DNA of 64,000 bases from Styela clava (taxonomy: Eukaryota): assembly GCF_964204865.1 (NCBI RefSeq), contig NC_135251.1:22630001-22694000 (forward strand). The letters run 5' to 3'. The position numbers and the translations under genes are program-made. Below the pieces are notes generated by a model. It saw nothing but the letters and a program-made list of their open reading frames with translations, made no database searches and was not told where the DNA came from. Every line of letters starts with the position of its first letter. Within the stretch, counting starts at the first letter, position 1. Positions 42,201 through 52,724 of this stretch are shown here, in pieces.

Positions 42201-43649
42201 TTGTATATTAGATTGAACGCATCCTGCAAATTTTAGTGGAACTTTGTCCCATCCTCCTCCTATTTCAACCAGTTTATTATGTACCAACAAAATATCTTCT
42301 GCCGTGGGCTGTGGAGTTTTTGTATAAATCCATATATATCGCTGACCTGAAACATTAAAGAATAATTGCATACACTAGGCAAATAGAAATTTCCATTTAC
42401 GCCAACCTTTTTTCTTCCAAATTAGTAATTTGTCAAATAGTATTTTAGTAGAGTAGTGAATATTAAATTAATATCTGTTGTGGGTATAGGTACGAATTTG
42501 CATCTTGTAAAAAAGAATTTTCATTGAAATTACTTTTGAATAAATCGTATACTTTTAAGTTACAAAAGTTCCATTTTCACTATTGCTGCAAAAATATCAG
42601 TAAGGATTCTGAGTTTCAAGTAAAAAAATAATTCACAAATTAATCTTAATCGATTCACCCTCTTAGTTGTTACTTTAGACGAGTTAATATCAATTAAGAC
42701 ATCCAATCTATTTTTCACCAGCAAGGCATACTTGCATAAGACATTTAACATTTTACTATATTGTGCCTCGAATCATTTGGCTTTACTGAAAGGACTCAAC
42801 TCAAGCCTAGTTATTGGACACGTAGTGGACATAACGATCGTTTCAATATTATGTTGTTGTTGTTGTTGTTGTTGTTCTTGTTCTTGTTCTTGTTCTTTGA
42901 CACGTTTTTAAAAAGTCGCTTTTCTCTTCGAATACTGGACCAATTGCTTTGAAATTTTCAGTGGTTGAAGATAAAATTTTTCTCCAGAAGGCTATTACTT
43001 TTATTTATTTTAAAATTTCCTGTGGACTTCGAGAGATTCGTTTTTTGTGTTCAAAGAAGTGATCAGAATAAAAAATAGTGACACCTTGTGGCGATTGCGC
43101 GAAGGCATATCAACTGAGAAGCGATCGTAATTCTTGCTCCGCTAAGAGTTGTTTATGGGGAATCGAGATGTTTGGGGTTACCGGTACCGGTACCCGCAAT
43201 GCAGCAATGCAACGGTTTGCGATAACTTCTTAGCTAGTTGACTATTACTACAGCTTCGCTTGCTGACCATATATTTGTTGACTGCGGTATTTACTGTTAT
43301 CAGTTGGTATTTCAAATTATTTCTCAATAAACTCGAAAGGTTTTTGAGGTTAAGTTAAACTACCGGTAGCTATGACAGTCCCTGTGGCCTGTACGGCACG
43401 TACCGGTACCGTTTACAGGTTTACGTACCGTCTTACCGGTACCGTAGTCCGTTACGGTACCGGTACGTAGAGTGTGTGCCTGCATTGAAATTAAGTTTTT
43501 GTAATGAGCCAGCATGTCTGCACAGCTGCTATGCCTTCCTAATTTTTCGCTGTTTCGTTACATTTTTTTGGAAACAACAGTTGCATAAATAGGTATGGTA
43601 CCGTATGCAGAGGAAGAAACTTCACAAAAATTTCAACATGTGCAGCAGG

Positions 43650-44193
43650 TTAGTCGTTAGTGTACATAAATCAGTAAATACAGAAATATGCAGAGGAAAA
43701 GTCTTTACAAAAAGGATGAGATTTACATAATTATCCCGATGGAGAGGAAAGCCTATAGAACGGCTTAACCATATTGCGAACCACAGCCTCTTGTCTGGTT
43801 ACCGGTAAGGTACCATTCCAAGTCTGGTATGGCTGTATGGGATTAGTTAGTTATTTGTTTTCGGAAGCATGGATTTGATTAGTTTAAGTGGCCAGCATAT
43901 CAAATGTCTAATAGTGAAATATTAGTCGTTAGTGTACATAAATCAGTAAATACAGAAATATGCAGAGGAAAAGTCTTTACAAAAAGGATGAGATTTACAT
44001 AATTATCCCGATGGAGAGGAAAGCCTATAGAACGGCTTAACCATATTGCGAACCACAGCCTCTTGTCTGGTTACCGGTAAGGTACCATTCCAAGTCTGGT
44101 ATGGCTGTATGGGATTAGTTAGTTATTTGTTTTCGGAAGCATGGATTTGATTAGTTTAAGTGGCCAGCATATCAAATGTCTAATAGTGAAATA
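43650..44193. repeat. Perfect 272-bp tandem duplication in the Helentron leader intron
   Basis: 43650-43921 equals 43922-44193 (ttagtcgttagtgtacataaatc..atagtgaaata). Confidence 0.95.
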
Positions 44194-44487
44194 TATTTCA
44201 TATTTTCGCTATTTTATCTTTTCCCTTCTTTCTTACAGTTTTGCTGGAAACAACAGATAGGCTAAGGAGAAAGCATTACAACTTCACCAATAATTTTCAA
44301 CGAGATACACAGGTAAGTAAGTCTTAGTGACGCAGCATATCAGGTTCATTCCATTTACATGTTTACTACTACCATACCTGCATCTACACATAAACTTATT
44401 CTATTTCACTTATATGCCTGCAAATATGCCCTGTTCATGCTCATCTTTTTGCTTTTTTGTTACAGTTCTGCTGTAAACAACATAAAT

Positions 44488-47400
44488 ATGCCAAGAAAGA
44501 AGCATTATAACCTTTCCAATAGTGTTCAACATGTTCTGAAATATGGTGGCCGAGGTCTTACCAATACAAAGAATATTTGCTGGGTTAACAGTGTGTTACA
44601 AATATTGGTTCGGCTTCCACTTCATGTACAACATGATTTTCGCTTGTGCTCAATAACACAAGTATGTAATTTCTGCAAGCTGATATCTCTAAGACGCAGA
44701 ATGCTATATTCACCAGCTAAAGCAACAAGACGTATTTCAGCATATGAATTTTCTCTGTTTGTTCACGATTTCCATGCTAGGCCATTTGAAATGTTTGATG
44801 CTGCTGAATTTCTAAGCATGATTTTATCTAAGATTACAGATGACCAAATTAGGTACCATAATGAAGTTGCTAATACCCTCCGTTCTATGTGCCTTTTCTC
44901 AGCATCCATTTTTGAACGGTGTTGCTGTGGTGAATATTCTCGTATCCTCAGTGCAATGACATTTAACATTTTCAATTTCAATCAGGGAGAAAATTTCAAA
45001 GACATTTTAAAGCATCAAGAAGAAATATGTCACAAATGCAATTCTCTTAAATGTGTTAATTATTCATATAGAACATTGCCTTCTGTTTTATTTATTGCAA
45101 TTTGCAGAGTTGATCATGAGCATAAAAAAAATGTTAATACGCTGCGGTATTTTTCTAATCTCGAATTAGGAGGAAACAAATATAAACTTCTTGGTGTTGT
45201 ATCTCACGAAGGATCGACTATTCAGTCTGGTCATTATGTTTCATACTGTTTATCTGGAAATGAGTTCTTCAAATACTGTGATTCGGTTGTAACCTGGTCT
45301 GGCACAGAAAATGTAGAATGTCGGCCAGATGCATGTACACTGTGTTTTGTGAAAACTGATGTGCTATTGGATCCATTGATTTATGATACACCTCCAACAT
45401 CACAAATTCATGATTACTTGGTATCAAACACATACTCCCTTTCAGACTGTTCATTTGCTGCTTCGCAACAGTGCCTTTCTGGAGAGTATGCCGAAAATGT
45501 GGCAAGCAACTCAAATCAAGGGAAAGATTTCAAGATGTTTGATGCTCCTGAAAAGTCACTGACAGACGTTTCCTCAGACCATTCCTTTGACTCTTCTCTG
45601 CTACCTGCTGATGAGAATAGTGGATGTGCGACAAACAATTCAGACAACAATATAACGACTGTAGAAATTTTATTTCAAACATGTAACACTATGAAAAGAC
45701 ATCGACGTCAACACAATATTCAAAAAGCTGGAACAATTAAAACAAAAAAGGCATTGTATTATCAGAAAAATGCTGGAACTATTAGAAAAAAGCAAGCAAT
45801 CTATGATGCTAATAATGCTGGGACCATTAGAAAAAAACGAGCGTTGTATAATGTGGTCAATGCTGGTGCCATTAGAAAAAAGCAAGCAATCTATGATGCT
45901 AATAATGCTGGGACCATTAAAAAAAAACAAGCATTGTATAATGTGGTCAATGCTGGTGCCATTAGAAAAAAGCAAGCAATCTATGATGCTAATAATGCTG
46001 GGACCATTAAAAAAAAACAAGCGTTGTATAATGTGGTCAATGCTGGTGCCATTAGAAAAAAGCAAGCAATCTATGATGCTAATAATGCTGGGACCATTAA
46101 AAAAAAACAAGCATTGTATAATGTGGTCAATGCTGGTGCCATTAGAAAAAAGCAAGCAATCTATGATGCTAATAATGCTGGGACCATTAAAAAAAAACAA
46201 GCGTTGTATAATATGATCAATGCTGGGACTATTAGAAAAAAACAAGCGCTGTATAATATGATTAATGCTGGGACTATTAGAAAAAAACAAGCGCTGTATA
46301 ATATGATTAATGCTGGGACAATTAGAAAAAAACAAGCGCTGTATAATATGTTTAATGCTGGGACTATTAGAAAAAAACAAGCGCTGTATAATATGTTTAA
46401 TGCTGGGACTATTAGAAAAAAACAAGCATTGTACAATGACATTAATGTTGCTACAATCAGACAAAAACAAACGAAATATAATCACAAGAATGCTCTCAAA
46501 ATTAGGAAAAAAAGAATAGAATATTATCGTCAAAAGAAATGGCCACAGAAACAGATGTTTTACAATTTTGCCAAGCTTGATAACCTATGTTTCATCCAGG
46601 AGAAGTATCGCTATGTGAACGCAAGAAATCTCAACCTACATAGACAAACACTTTGTTCATTACCTTACACAAACTTGGAATTTAGGAGAAGGGTATTGTA
46701 CACCCACAAACATTTAAAACTAATTCATCTCAAACAAAGAAAGTTTACTTCTGACTTCAATTCTAGACAAAAACAGTATCAACTTGCTAAAGTCGTTAAT
46801 AAATCCTATTTGGCAGCTTTTCAGCATGCCCGTCAAGCATTGCTACAAGGACCAGTATACGTTTGTGTTTGTTGTGCACGGCTACTTTTCAAAAAGGCTG
46901 TAAAACAAGTTAATATGGTCCGCTTCAAGAACCTTGAAAAAGTGGACCAATGTCTTTCCAGCATGGAATCCTTTGATGGAGTTGAATGGATATGTTCATA
47001 TTGTGTAACATATTTAAACAAGGGCAAAATGCCGCCAATGGCTATTGCTAATTCATTGTCTCTAGATGCCATACCCGACGAGTTATCTTGTTTGTCAACA
47101 ATTGATGAGCATTTGCTGAAATTGCAAATTCCTTTTGCAAAAATAGGAAACCTTGTGAGGGGACAAAAAAGGATTAAAGGTCCTGTAATTAATGTGCCTT
47201 CAGAGGTTCAAAAAACAGTGTCGGTACTTCCCAGATGTGTCAATGACAATCATTTTCACCCGATTCAGTTGAAAAGAAGGTTAAAATACACTGGATATTA
47301 TAAGTTCCGCATGTCCAATATATACAATGTTTTAAAGGGTCTTACATGGCTCAAAGTACACAATGATCTCTATAGAAAAATTGAGCTTAATGGTAACATT

Positions 47401-50400
47401 AACGTTCATGAAATAGACCCTTTTGCACACAATGATAATATTGATTCTCCTGGTTCTGAAATCGGAGAAATGAATGAAAATTATATTCGGGGTTCCAATC
47501 CTGTTCCAATTGGAAATAGATTGCTAAACAATTCTGCTGAAGACCCAGTGGATGTATGCAAATCAGAATCACCAGTTACATCAGGTGATGAAATGGAGGT
47601 GCAAGGTGGGTGTGTCTTAGACAGTTGCATGCAACCTGTGAATGGGCCTTTGGCTGCTGCGGACACAGTCATCCACAGAATGGCGGATTCTTTACACAGC
47701 ACTATTATAATTGCACCTGCCGAGGCGAATGCGCCTACAAATTTTTTTGATCCCATAAGTAAGACACAAGAAGAAGAGAGCTTTCCGAAGTTTTTTCCTT
47801 TCGGGTGTGGAGGTTATCACTCAGCAAGAGAGATGCCATGCTCTTTCACGACCTATATAAATTGCAGATTAAGAAATGTGGATGGAAGGTTTCGGGATTT
47901 GACCTACCTTTTTTGGTGCCAATATGTGAAAGAAATTCTTCAGATTCGTGGGGTACAATCTGTTTATTTGCGGCAGATGCTCACCAGAGGTGTTAATACA
48001 AAACAGCATATTCATGAAAAAGGTGGTTTGGAAAACCTTATTAATTCCGATGCTGCATTCAATGCATACAAAACTATCAGAGGTACTCCTGCATATTGGC
48101 AGAACAAGAAAAAGGATGTTTTTGCAATGGTCAGACAATTAGGGAAACCTCATATATTTTTCACTCTTAGTGCAGCCGAAACAAGGTGGTCAGAGCTTTG
48201 GCAAATATTACATCGTGCAAAGTTCAAAAAAGATCTGTCTGAAGAATCTGCCCTCGGTTTATCATATACGGAAAAAATGAAACTCATACAAGATGATCCA
48301 GTTACCACAGCTTTGTATTTTCATCATCGTGTTACAGAGGTCCTCAAGTTTGTCAAATCGCCATGTAAACCATTGCTTTGCGCAGTTAAAGACCATTTTT
48401 ATCGAGTTGAATTTCAGGCAAGAGGCTCGCCACATGTCCATGGCTTAATATGGTTAGACATCGGCAATAATGATAATGATACCATTGTCCAATACACAGA
48501 GAAGATTATCAGTTGCTCTATTCCTGATGCACAAAATGATCCTGAACTATACAAGCTCGTCACTGCACTACAAGTACATCATCACACATCTACCTGTTTG
48601 AAAGGCAATAATGCCGGTACTTGTAGATTTTTCTATCCAAGATTACCTTTGCCACAAACAATGCTTTTATCAGGCATACCCGATTCCACCTCCGATGCAG
48701 ATATCAGAAAATTCAAAAGAATTAGGAATAAGCTCCAGGAAAAGCTGTGTGACCTACTACAAAATTCTAATGATACTGAAGTTTCATTTATAGATTTTTT
48801 AAAATTATGTGACGTTGACGAAGAAACGTATATAAATGCCATAAAAACATCTATTAAAGGCGAAGCAGCAATTTTTTTAGGTAGAAAGACATCAGAGGCT
48901 TTTGTTAATAATTATAATCCGAATATTCTCAGGCTACATCAAGCTAACATGGATATTCAATTTATTGTTGATGAGTATGCTTGTGCTAATTACGTATTAT
49001 CTTATATAAATAAGAATGAAAGTGGTATGTCAAAACTACTGAACGAACTGAATGAAGAAGCCAAAACTTCCGGAAGCACAATGAAGGAGCGTTTGCGATC
49101 TTTAGGCAATTGTTGGACACATCACAGAGAGGTGTCAGCACAAGAAGCTGCGTATCGCGCTCTGAGCATCCCTTTGGCAGCTTCATCAAGGATAACTAAA
49201 TTCATTCCCACGTCTCCGATGCAGAAAAGGTATGCTTGTTTAAAGCAAAACTGGTCTGAACTTCCTGAAACTGAAAATGTATTGAAAAATGGTGTCATTG
49301 AATACTACATATGTCGGCCAATTGAATTGGAAAATACCTCGCTTGCAGAATTTGTTGCCAATTATGATATTATGCCTGGTACAATATCTGGTGACATCAC
49401 AGAAACAGAAGAAGGGGAAAATTTTAACCACAATTCAAACAATCGTGCTGAACAACGTTCAAATATTTTGCAGATGAAAGAAAACATGGGATGCCTCAGA
49501 AAACGTAGGAAGGAAGCAGTTTTGAAGTACTTTCGCCATTACAAGACTGCTGCTGAAGAATCCTTTGCACTATGTATCCTTTTTGTTCCTTGGCGAAATG
49601 AGTCTGTTGATTTGGGCAATACCAACATGCTTTGTGACAAGAGAAAAACGACCATTTTGCAGCAGTTGCGTCATTTCGAAAAAAATGCTTCGTTCGAACA
49701 TCTCGTGAATAACATTTTGAATGAACTACCGGAGGATCAACTTGAGGAACATTTTGAATATGAAGAGACAACAGATGAGAAAGATATCAACAATCACATA
49801 TCAACTCGACTGATGTCTGCACCTCGGATTCTTCATGCAAAGGAAGACATTTTGATTTCTTTGCGTAAATTAAATATTTTACAAAGAGAGTTTTTCGATG
49901 ATGTTCTTGCACATTTAAAAACTCCGGAAAATGAGAGAAAATCGAAGTATGTTTTTCTTTCTGGTGGCGCAGGGACAGGAAAATCATTCGCTCTTCAAGT
50001 GCTTACACAGGCTATCGATTATACTCTTATGCAGAGGGCAGATGTGGATCCGGAAGAAATCAGGTGGCTTGTGGTTGCACCTACTGGTTGTGCAGCTTTT
50101 AATGTTAACGGCTCAACTATACATTCGGCCTTTGGCATCCCAATGTTAGGAAGTACCAGGTCATATTGCAAACTTTCAAATGATAAATTGAACAGCTATA
50201 TGCGAAAATATTTCTATTTACAAGTCTTGTTCATCGACGAAATTAGCATGGTTGGTGCTACATTGTTCTCATGGATTGACCAGCGACTGCGAGAAATAAA
50301 AAAAAGTAATATTTCGTTTGGGAATGTTTCAGTTATAGTTATAGGTGACTTATTCCAACTTCCACCTGTAATGGATTCATGGATTTTCTGTACTCCAACT

Positions 50401-51606
50401 ATTCATGGAGAAGCAGGTTGCTTGTCTACTAGTATATGGTCGAAATTTTCCCTGATCGAATTGACGGATATATTAAGGCAAAAAAATGATCTTGAATTTT
50501 GCCAGATTTGCAACAGAGTGAGAGAAGGAAAGCAAACTCAAAATGACATTGACTTCTTTAACAAGAAACTTCACACAGTATGTCAACAGGAAGATACTAT
50601 TTGTACACTGCTTTTTAAAGAAAATGCATTTGTCGATCAGTATAATGCCCAAAAATTAGCATCACTTGATAGTGAAGTTGTAGAGTTTTTTTCAGTTGAT
50701 GTTTCAGCAGATACTATGGAGAAGTGTGACATACCTGCTTCCTTGCCTCTTTCTAGAACAGCAGGTCTTTCCAGAAGTCTTCAACTAAAGGTTGGTTGTC
50801 CAGTTATGGTCACATGCAATGTTGATACCAAATGTGGTCTTACAAACGGAGTACGGGGAGTCGTGCAACATTTAGAAAATACTAACAGTATGGTCGTGTG
50901 GGTAAAATTTGATGATCCAGCTATCGGAAATACTATTCGAAATAAAACCCGTTTGCAGAGGCCAGACAACTTCTCTGTGCCTATTGTGCATTTGAAATGC
51001 AATTTTTTATACAAGAAAAAAACTGTAAGTCGTCGACAAATACCATTACGTTTGTGTTTTGCTTTGACAGTTCATAAAGCGCAGGGGCAGACACTTGATG
51101 GGGCAATCATATCGATGGATGGTAAGAGACGCACAGTTGAAAATGGTCTTTTTTATGTTGCGATAACCAGAATAAGATCAAGCAATCATTTGCACTTAAA
51201 GAATTTCAACGAAAGTTACATCAGAATCAGTGCACAAGTGTCACAAGAAATGAAAAGACTTCGGAGCAAACTATATGATTATTGTGAAACACCATTACGA
51301 ATAAAGACACACAGAAAAGAAATTTCAATTTCATACTTGAATATCTCATCTCTTAGAAAACACATTAATGATTTGAAATCTGACTTCAATTTATTAGATT
51401 CAACAGTTCTATGCATTGCAGAAACCTGGCTTAGGCCATCGGATTCTGGTCCAAATTACTACTTGGAAAATTTCAACATTTTAGAAAGATTTGATGGACT
51501 TATTCAGACAAATGGAAAAGGATTGCTTCTTTATTCAAAAAGTAATATCAGATATTCAATATACAACTCTGGAAATGACGAAATTCAGTGGATCATGGCA
51601 ATATAG
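44488..51606 (+). CDS. Helentron polyprotein: USP/C19 protease - 15-aa repeats - Cys-rich/DUF6570-like region - HUH Rep - PIF1 helicase - AP endonuclease N-half
   Basis: USP: GLTNTKNICWVNSVLQ, DAAEFL, YKLLGVVSHEG..SGHY, YCDSVV. Rep: FFTLSAAE, YRVEFQARGSPHVHGLIW (the Ser is Helentron-type), YVLSYINK. PIF1: SGGAGTGKS, VAPTG, IDEISMV, GDLFQLPPV, RQKND, TVHKAQGQTL, YVAITR. EN: YLNISSL, IAETWL, GLLLY. The ATG at 44488 follows a splice acceptor at 44465, so the track's 44359 start is probably intronic. Confidence 0.93.
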   Translation: MPRKKHYNLSNSVQHVLKYGGRGLTNTKNICWVNSVLQILVRLPLHVQHDFRLCSITQVCNFCKLISLRRRMLYSPAKATRRISAYEFSLFVHDFHARPFEMFDAAEFLSMILSKITDDQIRYHNEVANTLRSMCLFSASIFERCCCGEYSRILSAMTFNIFNFNQGENFKDILKHQEEICHKCNSLKCVNYSYRTLPSVLFIAICRVDHEHKKNVNTLRYFSNLELGGNKYKLLGVVSHEGSTIQSGHYVSYCLSGNEFFKYCDSVVTWSGTENVECRPDACTLCFVKTDVLLDPLIYDTPPTSQIHDYLVSNTYSLSDCSFAASQQCLSGEYAENVASNSNQGKDFKMFDAPEKSLTDVSSDHSFDSSLLPADENSGCATNNSDNNITTVEILFQTCNTMKRHRRQHNIQKAGTIKTKKALYYQKNAGTIRKKQAIYDANNAGTIRKKRALYNVVNAGAIRKKQAIYDANNAGTIKKKQALYNVVNAGAIRKKQAIYDANNAGTIKKKQALYNVVNAGAIRKKQAIYDANNAGTIKKKQALYNVVNAGAIRKKQAIYDANNAGTIKKKQALYNMINAGTIRKKQALYNMINAGTIRKKQALYNMINAGTIRKKQALYNMFNAGTIRKKQALYNMFNAGTIRKKQALYNDINVATIRQKQTKYNHKNALKIRKKRIEYYRQKKWPQKQMFYNFAKLDNLCFIQEKYRYVNARNLNLHRQTLCSLPYTNLEFRRRVLYTHKHLKLIHLKQRKFTSDFNSRQKQYQLAKVVNKSYLAAFQHARQALLQGPVYVCVCCARLLFKKAVKQVNMVRFKNLEKVDQCLSSMESFDGVEWICSYCVTYLNKGKMPPMAIANSLSLDAIPDELSCLSTIDEHLLKLQIPFAKIGNLVRGQKRIKGPVINVPSEVQKTVSVLPRCVNDNHFHPIQLKRRLKYTGYYKFRMSNIYNVLKGLTWLKVHNDLYRKIELNGNINVHEIDPFAHNDNIDSPGSEIGEMNENYIRGSNPVPIGNRLLNNSAEDPVDVCKSESPVTSGDEMEVQGGCVLDSCMQPVNGPLAAADTVIHRMADSLHSTIIIAPAEANAPTNFFDPISKTQEEESFPKFFPFGCGGYHSAREMPCSFTTYINCRLRNVDGRFRDLTYLFWCQYVKEILQIRGVQSVYLRQMLTRGVNTKQHIHEKGGLENLINSDAAFNAYKTIRGTPAYWQNKKKDVFAMVRQLGKPHIFFTLSAAETRWSELWQILHRAKFKKDLSEESALGLSYTEKMKLIQDDPVTTALYFHHRVTEVLKFVKSPCKPLLCAVKDHFYRVEFQARGSPHVHGLIWLDIGNNDNDTIVQYTEKIISCSIPDAQNDPELYKLVTALQVHHHTSTCLKGNNAGTCRFFYPRLPLPQTMLLSGIPDSTSDADIRKFKRIRNKLQEKLCDLLQNSNDTEVSFIDFLKLCDVDEETYINAIKTSIKGEAAIFLGRKTSEAFVNNYNPNILRLHQANMDIQFIVDEYACANYVLSYINKNESGMSKLLNELNEEAKTSGSTMKERLRSLGNCWTHHREVSAQEAAYRALSIPLAASSRITKFIPTSPMQKRYACLKQNWSELPETENVLKNGVIEYYICRPIELENTSLAEFVANYDIMPGTISGDITETEEGENFNHNSNNRAEQRSNILQMKENMGCLRKRRKEAVLKYFRHYKTAAEESFALCILFVPWRNESVDLGNTNMLCDKRKTTILQQLRHFEKNASFEHLVNNILNELPEDQLEEHFEYEETTDEKDINNHISTRLMSAPRILHAKEDILISLRKLNILQREFFDDVLAHLKTPENERKSKYVFLSGGAGTGKSFALQVLTQAIDYTLMQRADVDPEEIRWLVVAPTGCAAFNVNGSTIHSAFGIPMLGSTRSYCKLSNDKLNSYMRKYFYLQVLFIDEISMVGATLFSWIDQRLREIKKSNISFGNVSVIVIGDLFQLPPVMDSWIFCTPTIHGEAGCLSTSIWSKFSLIELTDILRQKNDLEFCQICNRVREGKQTQNDIDFFNKKLHTVCQQEDTICTLLFKENAFVDQYNAQKLASLDSEVVEFFSVDVSADTMEKCDIPASLPLSRTAGLSRSLQLKVGCPVMVTCNVDTKCGLTNGVRGVVQHLENTNSMVVWVKFDDPAIGNTIRNKTRLQRPDNFSVPIVHLKCNFLYKKKTVSRRQIPLRLCFALTVHKAQGQTLDGAIISMDGKRRTVENGLFYVAITRIRSSNHLHLKNFNESYIRISAQVSQEMKRLRSKLYDYCETPLRIKTHRKEISISYLNISSLRKHINDLKSDFNLLDSTVLCIAETWLRPSDSGPNYYLENFNILERFDGLIQTNGKGLLLYSKSNIRYSIYNSGNDEIQWIMAI
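45724..46533 (+). repeat. Coding minisatellite: 18 x 45 bp (15 aa, NAGTIRKKQALYNxx), partly organised as 90-bp dimers
   Basis: Directly visible: alternating ..QAIYDAN / ..QALYNVV dimers with a 90-bp period, then 45-bp ..QALYNM(I/F) monomers. Confidence 0.95.
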
Positions 51607-52314
51607 ATGATCTAATTTGCTGTTTCGTATATTTCCCACCAGGAACTGCTTTGTATATGATGTCTGATTTGTTCTTATCATGGTTCAGTTCTCAAACAGT
51701 ACCGGATTTAATCATTGGTGATTTCAACAAGTCAACTGCAGAAATGGAAGTGTTATCATCAAAATACTCCTTGCTGTGTTTGACAGAAAGCAAGACTACT
51801 AGAGGTTCAAGGGATATCGATCACATTTTCTGGAGGAAATCTGATCACATGTCGGTATCTGCACAAGTTTACAATGTGTTCTACTCTGATCATGATGCAG
51901 TTTCAGTACGTGTGGAAAAAAGGGAAAACTCAATGCTTCTTTGCAATGTGGAACTACCAACAGGTAAGGATAATATGATTTCTGATACAGAAGTATTTCA
52001 AATGTGTTTTTTTCATATTGTTGAGGAAATTAAAATGACACTGTTGCAATGAGAAATATACTTTTGTCATCTCCCACATAAAACCCAACCTTTATATGTG
52101 ACAATCTCATCTAATAAATGTAAAGTATTATTTGGCAGTGAGAAATTTTATTTTTATTTTTTTTCATCAAAATCCAACTATACCCCAGTTTGTCTTATGT
52201 ACTGTGTACATTTTTTATGATGCTGTAATCTGTTTAGTTTTATCAAATATAATTTATTATTATTCACTTCATTTTAAAATCAATACATTGTTATTTGCAG
52301 ATGTGATAATTTGA
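51588..52314 (+). CDS. C-terminal half of the Helentron AP endonuclease (-1 frame relative to the main ORF)
   Basis: CFVYFPP, IIGDFN, TTRGSRDIDHIFW and YSDHDAV are APE motifs. Adding one A at ~51600 fuses it to the main ORF. A probable intron 51964-52300 would end the protein ..ELPT/DVII*. Confidence 0.8.
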
Positions 52315-52724
52315 TAGCTGCTGAGCGTGAAACCATTCCTACAATTGTGAGCTGATGTGAAGAACCCCACCACCAAACATTTAAGCTTGAAATTCTTACT
52401 AGAGTTAGCTCGTCAAGTGCAATATTTTTCATGTTATATGTGTAAGAGCTATTATTGACATATTCTAATAAGTGGGAGTGGAGAATGTACTAGCATTGTC
52501 AATGTCTGATATTTTTCATGGTTTGAATACAATGTCTTCAGTCTCATATTAAACTTTGAGTTATAACACCAATGGTCCTCACCAATGAACAACTTCGTAA
52601 AACATGCTGTTTTCGTGAGTCTGGTTTTGAATGATTGAGTTCATTTAAATTTATAGTGTAACATTAAAAACTGGCTGATGTAAGTATCGCTGGATTTATT
52701 TCAAAGACACTTATGACAGATGAA

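Noticed and set aside
44359-44487. Hydrophobic N-terminal extension of the 2415-aa ORF as a signal or TM segment
   Set aside because: It overlaps a pyrimidine-rich intron end (donor after 44312, acceptor ..tacag 44465); the likely start is the ATG at 44488.
45670-46533. 287-aa antisense ORF and other overlapping repeat ORFs (45770-46216, 46161-46442, 46310-46519)
   Set aside because: Shadows of the 45-bp coding repeat: a unit without a stop in a given frame stays open across the array, and the ORFs end at or near the array edges.
45724-46533. Possible CRISPR-like array
   Set aside because: Units are contiguous with no unique spacers, are in frame within a protein, and the context is eukaryotic with no cas genes.
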